A stretch of DNA of 64,000 nucleotides from Myxococcota bacterium. GTDB taxonomy: Bacteria > Myxococcota_A > SURF-8. This document shows positions 19,445 through 27,171 of this stretch, piece after piece. Every line of letters begins with the position of its first letter. Within the stretch, counting starts at the first letter, position 1. The translations under genes were made by a program, and so were the position numbers. The notes below the pieces were generated by a model. It did not search any database and was not told where the DNA came from. It saw nothing but the letters and a program-made list of their open reading frames with translations. The stretch is taken from NCBI GenBank assembly GCA_965140415.1, contig OZ223209.1, positions 5,344,001 to 5,408,000 on the forward strand, written 5' to 3'.

Positions 19445-20491
19445 TCAGACTTTCTCATACTTTGCCAGTGCATTTCGCATACGACCTGCTACATATTTGC
19501 GGAAGGCTTTCGGAGTGATAGCTTCGGCATGTTCACCCATCGAAAGCACCCACTCACCGATTTCCTGAAACCCTCTCACCCGCAGGCTGATCAACATACT
19601 GCCGTCTCGCTTATATGAGAGGGACTGGCTGTGATGCCAGAAACGTTCGCGGGCATAGGGGGCGAAGACTGGATCGATGCGGACTTTGACCGTACGAAGC
19701 TTTCCGTCTGGCCAGATGGCAAAGGCATCAGAAAAATAATCCTCAGCGGAAAAGCCCGTCGGATAATCGAACATCTCAAGATCCTGACAACAGCGCGCAT
19801 CTTGAATTCTGTCTAACGCTAATAGGATACGCCGCTCCGTCTTCTTCCAGTCGCCTTCGACGACATCCGCGATAAAGTACATTCCATTTCGATGCAGCGC
19901 TGCGCCAAGCAGATTTACTCGAAGATAGCGGGCGGGCTTGTTCAAAGCCTTCTGGGCGTGCGACAAATACGTAAGGTCGACCGGCTTTTCCGTAAGCAGA
20001 CCTTCCAGCATTTGAGCGAGCCGCTTCTGAAGCTCTTCGTTACGGCGATAATCTTTGATTCCGGCTGACACGACGTGAATCTTTTTCTCCAGACGTTTCA
20101 ACCGTAGCTTTTCCCCTGGATTGAGAGATTCCCGGAACTGGTCGAGGATCGGCTCCACTTCGGTAGCGAAATGGTGACCGGAAAGAAAACCCGTAACACG
20201 AGCGCCGACCGATACCGCCAGTATCTGCCAGGGGCTTATCTTCCATCGCTTGGAAGATCGATTCAGGAAATAGGACACGCCAAAGCTATCGTCTTCCTCA
20301 GCTATCAGCCGTTCTTGTAGTACATCTTTCAAGATTGCCAGATCGCGTTCCAATGTGCGGCGGCTGATATTAAAGGTTTTCGCTTCTTCTTTTGAGCAGA
20401 GTTTCCGCCCAAGAAGCAGCATATCGTACAGCATCAGAAGGCGTTGACCTTGGGGATATTTGCCTTTGGGTTTCTTGCGCGGATTTGACAT
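19445..20491 (-). CDS. WYL-domain transcriptional regulator (wHTH-WYL-WCX)
   Basis: N-terminal FNISRRTLERDL HTH, MYFIA and LALDRI (WYL domain), ERFWHHSQ and WVLSMGEHAE (WCX). Confidence 0.9.
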   Translation of the reverse strand: MSNPRKKPKGKYPQGQRLLMLYDMLLLGRKLCSKEEAKTFNISRRTLERDLAILKDVLQERLIAEEDDSFGVSYFLNRSSKRWKISPWQILAVSVGARVTGFLSGHHFATEVEPILDQFRESLNPGEKLRLKRLEKKIHVVSAGIKDYRRNEELQKRLAQMLEGLLTEKPVDLTYLSHAQKALNKPARYLRVNLLGAALHRNGMYFIADVVEGDWKKTERRILLALDRIQDARCCQDLEMFDYPTGFSAEDYFSDAFAIWPDGKLRTVKVRIDPVFAPYARERFWHHSQSLSYKRDGSMLISLRVRGFQEIGEWVLSMGEHAEAITPKAFRKYVAGRMRNALAKYEKV

Positions 20492-20569
20492 TCAGAATAT
20501 CTCCCTAAAGATAAAGATTGCTCTTTATTATCACATCTTAGGGAGTTTGATGAGAAGTGAAATTGTTTC

Positions 20570-20644
20570 TTAGATCTCCTCCAACACCCGCTTCACCACC
20601 TCCACCGCCATCTTCTGGCGGGCTTTCTTGACAGAGCTCATTAG
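20570..20644 (-). pseudogene. 3' remnant of an XRE-regulator paralog
   Basis: Translates LMSSVKKARQKMAVEVVKRVLEEI*, which aligns without gaps to LMRDRTATEGEMVLDVMARVFEEY of the XRE at 21379-21747. Confidence 0.45.
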
Positions 20645-20771
20645 GGGCCATGTGGTGGTTAATCTATTACCTGAAGTCCCCAATCCAACAGGGATAATAC
20701 TGTTAAATTAAGCACTTAAGGTTTTAGAAAGTTTGTTTGAACGTGGTTTTGGAAAAATCTACACATAAAAC

Positions 20772-20807
20772 TTGACAGGTAGTGTGGGTATATATAGTCT
20801 ATACCCA
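20772..20807 (+). promoter_or_regulatory. Sigma70 promoter with palindromic operator
   Basis: TTGACA-N17-TAGTCT. TGGGTATA-N7-TATACCCA at 20785-20807. Confidence 0.6.
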
Positions 20808-20830
20808 ATAGTCAATGAAGGAGGATCAAC

Positions 20831-21322
20831 ATGAAACTTGCGATCTATATACCGAAAGACTTGGAGAAAGAACTTAAAGAGTACGGTGATCGAATCAAGG
20901 AGCGGAAAGGCTATTCACGTCTTTTCACTGAAGCCATACGGAAGGAAATTGCAAAAATGAGGCAGGTTGAAATGAGCACGCAAAATGAAACGAATATGGA
21001 CGAGATAATTGAACGCCTACGTCGACAGAAGGAGGAAGCCATGGATACGAGCTATCAGGCCGGATACGCAGAAGGAGAGTCTCGCGCATCTGGAATGGAC
21101 TATGATGAGTTGAAACGTATCGGGGACTACGTCCAACATCGTGTATACGAACAGACCGGCAAGATCGCCGATGGTATTTACGAAACCTTGGATGGAGTTG
21201 GCTTTGAGGTTCATCGTGATCGATTGGCCCAAGAACACGGAATCGAGGATCCCGATGAGTACGTCAACGGTCTGACGAAGGGCATTGCGGCCTTTTGGAA
21301 AAGAATTGAGAAGCGGCTATAA
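20831..21322 (+). CDS. Hypothetical protein with N-terminal ribbon-helix-helix-like DNA-binding segment
   Basis: AAGGAGG RBS. MKLAIYIPKDL..EL...YSRLFTEAIRKE fits a beta-strand-helix-helix pattern. Confidence 0.6.
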   Translation: MKLAIYIPKDLEKELKEYGDRIKERKGYSRLFTEAIRKEIAKMRQVEMSTQNETNMDEIIERLRRQKEEAMDTSYQAGYAEGESRASGMDYDELKRIGDYVQHRVYEQTGKIADGIYETLDGVGFEVHRDRLAQEHGIEDPDEYVNGLTKGIAAFWKRIEKRL

Positions 21323-21349
21323 TTGACAAAAACGGTTTTGGGGAACTGA

Positions 21350-21388
21350 TGGGGTGATCTCTTGTGAAAAGAATCACCTCATTTTTTT
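21350..21388. terminator. Hairpin between convergent genes
   Basis: GGTGATcTCTT...AAGAATCACC followed by a T run. Confidence 0.5.
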
Positions 21389-21747
21389 GTTTTCTTTACT
21401 CCGTCCGGATACTCCTCAAACACCCGCGCCATGACATCCAGCACCATCTCGCCTTCGGTGGCAGTGCGGTCACGCATGAGGGCCCGGAAGCGCTGGGTCA
21501 GGATATCGAGGTCGGACTCTTTCTTGTCGAGGCTGATCTGGAAAAATTCAGAGAACGGCACACCCAGAGCTTGGGCAAGCCGGTGGAAGGTTTCAATACC
21601 GGGCAGCTGCACACCGCGCTCCAGGCGACTGATGCTCTCCACGGACAGATCGGCCAGTTCAGATAACCGATTCTGGCTCACTCCCGCCTGCTTTCGCAGT
21701 TTCTTCAATTGTTTGCCGATTTCGGCTTTCAGTTCCTTCATGGGCAT
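21379..21747 (-). CDS. XRE-family HTH regulator
   Basis: IGKQLKKLRKQAGVSQNRLSELADLSVESISRLERG. Start re-placed at MPMKEL. Confidence 0.85.
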   Translation of the reverse strand: MPMKELKAEIGKQLKKLRKQAGVSQNRLSELADLSVESISRLERGVQLPGIETFHRLAQALGVPFSEFFQISLDKKESDLDILTQRFRALMRDRTATEGEMVLDVMARVFEEYPDGVKKTKK

Positions 21748-21820
21748 CTCCAAGGATTGATGAATAATCTCAAATCCTTGTCCATGCTGGAAGGAACCGG
21801 TAAGACCAATAAGTTTATTA

Positions 21821-21849
21821 TTGACTAGGATATATACGACTATTATGCT
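21821..21849 (+). promoter_or_regulatory. Sigma70 promoter
   Basis: TTGACT-N17-TATGCT upstream of the lipoprotein gene. Confidence 0.6.
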
Positions 21850-21967
21850 GAATTCAGCCAGAACCAATCGGATGAACACACAGGGGAAACCGGCCGAAAA
21901 ATCGCCGTCGTCTTTGCCATAAGAATCGATGAAGGCGATTTATCAACGTTACGAGAAGGAGACCGAC

Positions 21968-24547
21968 ATGAGAATTTGGATTTTGCTTTGGATCGGACTT
22001 GTTGCGTGGGGTTGTACGGATTCGTCGCTCACCACGGGCGGTTCCCCAGAAGGCGATTCGGACCTGGATGAGACGGCTCAGGACGGCGATATCGACACGC
22101 CGGATTCGGATGGGGACACGGAGCCGGTGGATGGGGATGGCACGGACGGCGACACGGAGGTGGAGGACGGAGACATGGATGGTATCGTTGATGGCGATGA
22201 GGACGTGCGGCCGGATGGGGATGAAGAAATCGATCCGGAGGGTATTTGCGCTTGCGGTCCTGCCGTAACAGACTGCTGCGATGGCTGTAATCTGCTGGCC
22301 GGTTTCTGCCTGATCAACGATTCCTGCGTTTCGGACGGAGAAGCCGACCCGAACGAACCCTGCCTGTTTTGCGATGCAGATGCCGATCCGCTTGCCTGGA
22401 CACCGAAAGACAACGGCGCGGTCTGCGATGACGATGACGCCTGCTCTACGCGCAGCAACTGCCGGGAGGGTGTCTGTACGGCGGTCGAATGGATCGCAAA
22501 TGACTGCACCGAGTACATGGCGTGCGGCTGGTCGCCCTCCGGCTGCTTCGAGTGTGGAAGCTGCAATGCCGACACCCAGGTCTGCTGGGAGTGCGACTCG
22601 TCCGTCCAATCCTGTTGGCCGGGGGATGGGATCGACACGAAGGTCTGCGCGCCGGATGAAGGCGGTTCCTGCGGCGATATGAGCGGGCTTCAGGCGGGAA
22701 GTCCCTGGCCGATGTATGCAGGATGTCCTTCTCTACAGGGACGCTCTGGCAACCATGGTCCAGCCGTGCCATCTCTCCGATGGGCGTTCAAAACGGAAGG
22801 GATCGCAGGCTCTCCCGTTCTGGGAAACGATGGGACAGTCTATTTCGCGTCTTACGACAAAAATCTGTATGCCATACGTCCCGATGGACAAGAAAAGTGG
22901 CGGTTTTCAGCCGGAGGGACGATATACGGTTGGCCGGCCCTTCGCAATGACGGCAGCCTTGTATTCGGCAGTGCCGATGTAGCGCTTCATGCTGTCGATG
23001 AGGATGGAGAGGAACTCTGGACGTTGCCGATCGACGGTCGGCTGGATTCCCGGATTTCCATCGGGGGAGACGGGACGATCTATCTGGGCGGAGGTACCTC
23101 CAGCGATACTTTGTATGCCGTTACACCGGGTGGCTCGGAGAAATGGCGGTTCACTGTCGGCGCGGCGGCCTACGTAACCGGCACGGTTTCGCCGTCCGGG
23201 ACCGTTTATGTCGGATCGACCCAGGGTCTTCACGCCATCGATTCCGAAGGGAATGAGATCTGGAGCCAACCGATAAACGGTTATCCGTTTGTGCCGGCGA
23301 TCGGCGCCGATGGAACCCTGTACTTTGGAACGCTCAACGACGAGTATTACTATGCTGTCTCTCCAGAAGACGGCATCCGCTGGCGGCTTTCTTTAGGGTC
23401 GCGAGCGGGAGGCGGACCGACGATCGGCGCGGACGGCACGATTTACTTTCCGCGGTACAACCCGGGAATGGTCGCCGCCGTCAATCCAGACGGCAGCATC
23501 CGCTGGAAGTATGAAACGGAAGGGGATGTTTGGTCGACACCTTCACTTGACGCTGATGGAGTATTATATTTTGGAACAATGGACGGCTACGTCAACGCCC
23601 TAGACTCTTCGACAGGCACGCTCCTATGGCAGTATGCAACCGGGGATGGCGATCGGTCAAACGTCACCATCGGTCTGAATCGCGATCTCTATTTCGGCTC
23701 CTACGACGGCTATCTCTACGCCCTGGGCGATTGCCGGGAAGGCGATCCCTGCATGGAGGATCGGGCCCTGGAGTTTGATGGTCAACCTGGATATGGCGTA
23801 ATCACCGATCGTATTCTCTTCAGGAAAGCTGAAACCGGAACTTTGGAGGCGTGGATTAGACCGAACCCTGGAGGAATCATTTACAGCGAAGCGGTCAGCG
23901 TCATGCTGAGTTTGCGCGCCACAGTGGATGAGAAGATTTGCTTCAATCAGTGGGGATCTGCGACCCACTGGGATGTTAAATGCATATCCGAGGATGGTCG
24001 TTTGCGTAAAGAGCAATGGAATCATGTCGCCGTCACGAAAGACGGAGAATACGTGACGATATTTCTCAATGGAATCAATATTTTGCACAGCGCCATCGAC
24101 CTTCCGCCGTTCACAGTAGAAGAAGAATTCTCAAGCTATGTCGGATTCGGTCAGGCAGGTGCATCACAAACCTTTTTCAATGGTATCATCGATGAACTTC
24201 GCATCTCCGACACAGTCCGCTACACCGAAGATTTCGAGCCCGCCTTCCGACATGAACCCGACGAGCATACGCTAGGCCTGTGGCATTTCGACATCGGACG
24301 TGATGAGGCGGTTTTCGCAGCACATGGTCAATTGCCTCCTGGCTCTCTGGAGGGAACAGCCGCGAGAACGGCCAATGGCGACGGTGTGGTACGCAATTGG
24401 ACCTGCGCACCGGGCTGGAAGCGCTGTGCGGACCAGGTGACCGTGGATATCTGCAATGAATCCGGTCGCTGGGTGGAATGGCGAAGTTGTGAGGGAGCGG
24501 AAACCTGCCAGGAAACCGGTGCGCGGCAGGCGGCTTGCGCGGAATAG
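21968..24547 (+). CDS. Lipoprotein: DGD linker, Cys-rich region, PQQ-like beta-propeller, LamG-like domain
   Basis: AAGGAG RBS, MRIWILL...VAWGC lipobox, repeated P.IG.DGT.YFGS.D..LYA...G..KW blades, TLEAWI..WNHVAVT..IDELRIS. Confidence 0.85.
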   Translation: MRIWILLWIGLVAWGCTDSSLTTGGSPEGDSDLDETAQDGDIDTPDSDGDTEPVDGDGTDGDTEVEDGDMDGIVDGDEDVRPDGDEEIDPEGICACGPAVTDCCDGCNLLAGFCLINDSCVSDGEADPNEPCLFCDADADPLAWTPKDNGAVCDDDDACSTRSNCREGVCTAVEWIANDCTEYMACGWSPSGCFECGSCNADTQVCWECDSSVQSCWPGDGIDTKVCAPDEGGSCGDMSGLQAGSPWPMYAGCPSLQGRSGNHGPAVPSLRWAFKTEGIAGSPVLGNDGTVYFASYDKNLYAIRPDGQEKWRFSAGGTIYGWPALRNDGSLVFGSADVALHAVDEDGEELWTLPIDGRLDSRISIGGDGTIYLGGGTSSDTLYAVTPGGSEKWRFTVGAAAYVTGTVSPSGTVYVGSTQGLHAIDSEGNEIWSQPINGYPFVPAIGADGTLYFGTLNDEYYYAVSPEDGIRWRLSLGSRAGGGPTIGADGTIYFPRYNPGMVAAVNPDGSIRWKYETEGDVWSTPSLDADGVLYFGTMDGYVNALDSSTGTLLWQYATGDGDRSNVTIGLNRDLYFGSYDGYLYALGDCREGDPCMEDRALEFDGQPGYGVITDRILFRKAETGTLEAWIRPNPGGIIYSEAVSVMLSLRATVDEKICFNQWGSATHWDVKCISEDGRLRKEQWNHVAVTKDGEYVTIFLNGINILHSAIDLPPFTVEEEFSSYVGFGQAGASQTFFNGIIDELRISDTVRYTEDFEPAFRHEPDEHTLGLWHFDIGRDEAVFAAHGQLPPGSLEGTAARTANGDGVVRNWTCAPGWKRCADQVTVDICNESGRWVEWRSCEGAETCQETGARQAACAE

Positions 24548-24994
24548 GCTGCAGGGCCATAGGAACGCCAGCAGACACTGGGTAAATGAAAATATCTGTG
24601 CGGGTGAAAAGAGCTGCGAGACGAAAAGCGCAGCCGAAGCGCACTGTGAGTAAAGCTGGAAATCACCCCCAAAAAATCTGAGACGGCCGGTCACGGGAGC
24701 ATTTTCAATCTCGTCCGGCCGTTTCTTTTACCTGCCGACCGACAAGTTGACCGTCGGATTGGCGCAACTTCCCGGAAATCGACCTGATTGGTAGTAGAGG
24801 GAGGGGCCGTTTCCCGGGCGAAAGCGAAAAATCCATAGGCCTCGGGCTATACGAGCGTCGGCGCATACATAGGAAATTTGGAAGACGTTTTCCGAATCGT
24901 ATCGGCGCTCCAGGTAAAGAAGAAGGCTGGAACCTTCTTCCGCCGCAAGGGGGCGGCCGGTGGGAATGGATGGTGGGATTGTTGGGGGATATGC

Positions 24995-25105
24995 TCACTT
25001 CACTTTCTTCTTCAATCGCTTCGCCGCCTTGTCGAACAGCTTGCCGGTCAGAATGGCCATGGCCTGCACGACAGCGGCCTTCAGGATGCGCGTGGTCTCC
25101 TTCAT
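24995..25105 (-). CDS. 36-aa cationic amphipathic peptide (not in ORF track)
   Basis: MKETTRILKAAVVQAMAILTGKLFDKAAKRLKKKVK. ATGA overlap with the upstream gene. Confidence 0.55.
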   Translation of the reverse strand: MKETTRILKAAVVQAMAILTGKLFDKAAKRLKKKVK

Positions 25106-25392
25106 GCGTCGCGCTCGCTGTCCGCATCCCAGGTTTCAGTATCGGCGGTGTCCGTGAAGTCATCGTTCAGGCTGTCAATATCCTCGTTGGGCACGATCAA
25201 GCGATCGAGGGCATAGCCGACCAGGCCGCCGATGGCTCCGCCGGCCGCCGATCCGGCTGGACCGGCCACAGCAGCACCGACCGAGGCCAGCACCCCGGCG
25301 CCAATGGCGGCATGGCGATTCTTGCGGATGATGGCGAAGAGTCCCTTCCGGGTTTCCTCCAGGTCCGTGTTCAGATTATCCAGGTCGTTCAT
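25102..25392 (-). CDS. 96-aa glycine-zipper small protein
   Basis: MNDLDNL... with AAIGAGVLASVGAAVAGPAGSAAGGAIGGLVG. AAAGGA RBS. Confidence 0.65.
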   Translation of the reverse strand: MNDLDNLNTDLEETRKGLFAIIRKNRHAAIGAGVLASVGAAVAGPAGSAAGGAIGGLVGYALDRLIVPNEDIDSLNDDFTDTADTETWDADSERDA

Positions 25393-25412
25393 TCGGGTTC
25401 CTTTCGTTTCGG

Positions 25413-26105
25413 TTACTCGACCGCCAGCCCGAAGGCCGAGCAGTCCACGACGATCTTGCGCGGGAGCGGCTGTCCCAGCGCGTGTTTCTTCACCAGGATG
25501 GCCGCCAGCGCGCCCGTGAGCATGGAGTTGTAGATCACCGCCCGCGCCGTACAGGGCAGTTGCATCGACTCCGCTGCAGGATGCAGGGTTTCCTTGTAAG
25601 CCTGCGCACCCATCAGGTCGCCGTGGGACTTGGCGGTGTAGATCACGATGAACTCGCCGCCCTGACGCGGATCGATGATCGTGATGGGCCGAGCGCGGCT
25701 GCCCTGGGCCTTGGCCTGTTCCCAGATCGTCCGGCGCGCGTCCATGTTGTCGACACAACTGATGACCAGGCGCTTGGGCTCGTCACGTCCAAGGGGCTGG
25801 TTGGTGTACCGCTGACGGAACTGACCGGGCAAGAGGCCGGTGACGCGATAGACCTCGACGCCCAGCGCCACGGCCTTGGACTGGCCCAGGTATTCAGCGC
25901 CGAAAAGTTGGTTGGGCTGGTTGTGCGGCTCTACCGTGTCGTCGTCGTAGATGTTGAGATCGGTGCAGCCCATCTTGGCCAGCGCCAGAGCGGTGTAACT
26001 CCCGGAAGCACCCGCGCCGATGATGGTGATGGGGAAGTTCAGCTTGTCGGGATGGATGATATCAAGCTGGCGATGGAACTGGGTATCAATCGTCGTGCGG
26101 TCCAT
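25413..26105 (-). CDS. ThiF/MoeB-family E1-like adenylyltransferase
   Basis: FHRQ, IIGAGASGS, YDDDTVEPHN..NQ, SKA, SCVDN..AR, IDPR, and LPCTARA (candidate catalytic Cys). AAAGGA RBS. Confidence 0.88.
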   Translation of the reverse strand: MDRTTIDTQFHRQLDIIHPDKLNFPITIIGAGASGSYTALALAKMGCTDLNIYDDDTVEPHNQPNQLFGAEYLGQSKAVALGVEVYRVTGLLPGQFRQRYTNQPLGRDEPKRLVISCVDNMDARRTIWEQAKAQGSRARPITIIDPRQGGEFIVIYTAKSHGDLMGAQAYKETLHPAAESMQLPCTARAVIYNSMLTGALAAILVKKHALGQPLPRKIVVDCSAFGLAVE

Positions 26106-26116
26106 GGCAAATCCTT

Positions 26117-26464
26117 TCAGTTGTTGCGCGTAATCTCCGGAATCTGGGAAAGCGGCGTGGGGGTGAAGTGGATATCGCGTTCGATGGCCTGCAGGCCGGG
26201 GATGCGCTGGCCGTTGATGCGGGCTTCCAGGGATTCGAGTTCGGAGAGGGAGAAGTAGCCGAGTTCGCCGCAGCCGGGCAGCACCTCGGCCCAACCGAAG
26301 CAGGTGTCACCGCCGTCGTGGTCGAATTCGGTCAAGTACCAGACCGCCCCACCATAGGCATGAAACCAACGGATGTGGGCGACGGCCTCCATGCCTTTTC
26401 CGTCCTGGGCGTACAAGGGTGGGATCGTCTTGCGGATGGATTGGGGGAGCAGTTTCTTCTTCAT
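26117..26464 (-). CDS. DUF2958-like mobile-element protein
   Basis: IPPLYAQDG...WF....WYLTEFD...CFG......ELGYFSLSEL...IERDIHF. Confidence 0.8.
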   Translation of the reverse strand: MKKKLLPQSIRKTIPPLYAQDGKGMEAVAHIRWFHAYGGAVWYLTEFDHDGGDTCFGWAEVLPGCGELGYFSLSELESLEARINGQRIPGLQAIERDIHFTPTPLSQIPEITRNN

Positions 26465-26677
26465 CGGATTACCTTCTTGTTTGGGGAAAACAGGCACACC
26501 CCTCCGCCCCATCCAGAGCGGATGGTCGGAAAGGTGGCTGAAATGGTTGGGAAATTCAGGCTAGAAGTGCTTGTCTGTTACTTCTCTTATAACACAATCA
26601 AGGAGGCTTTTCCGATCAGTTCTCCCTTCGGGTTCTAAGCAAATAGCGAATCACCTATTTCAAGAGTTTAAGAGAGG

Positions 26678-27127
26678 CTACCTCACACAGCGGACTTTGA
26701 GGCCGGTGCCGCCCGTCTTACCATTCACGTTGACGTTGACGCTACCGTGGTAGAAGTTCACATACCACGCAGTACTTGGATCCTGGGCACTCGTAGACGA
26801 CGACCAGTACGCAGAACCTGATGATACGAAGTAGTCCGTATCTATTGCTGGACTAGTTCGACTATGATCCACTAATGTTTGCAATTCCTTAACGTTTGGC
26901 AAATACCAATCTGAATGGCCAGCTAAATCCAAACCTTCACAATAGGCCAAGGCTGGTTGCCAAAGCATTATTATAGGAGCACCATCTTTCATCCACATCA
27001 GCCCCGTATCATTGTCGGTCACCGTACCGTCGCCATTATCGGTGTAATTTCCTACCGACCAAGCCACCAGCGGCACCAGTAAAATAGCCACCGCGCACAC
27101 ACCAATCAAAGCTTTCTTCATACTCAT
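26678..27127 (-). CDS. Secreted single-domain DUF1566 (Lcl) protein
   Basis: Signal peptide, DNGDGTVTDNDTGLMW, A..YC..L.LAG.SDW.LPN.KEL, YWSSS, AW.VNF, VRCVR. Confidence 0.9.
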   Translation of the reverse strand: MSMKKALIGVCAVAILLVPLVAWSVGNYTDNGDGTVTDNDTGLMWMKDGAPIIMLWQPALAYCEGLDLAGHSDWYLPNVKELQTLVDHSRTSPAIDTDYFVSSGSAYWSSSTSAQDPSTAWYVNFYHGSVNVNVNGKTGGTGLKVRCVR

Positions 27128-27171
27128 GGTTCTTCCTCCTGTTTGCTTTCACTCTCAAGATTTTCAATTCT

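Noticed and set aside
25413-26105. ThiF/MoeB as thiamine or molybdopterin biosynthesis
   Set aside because: No thi/moa genes are nearby and the CxxC zinc motifs are absent. The context is a mobile element with E2 and JAB.
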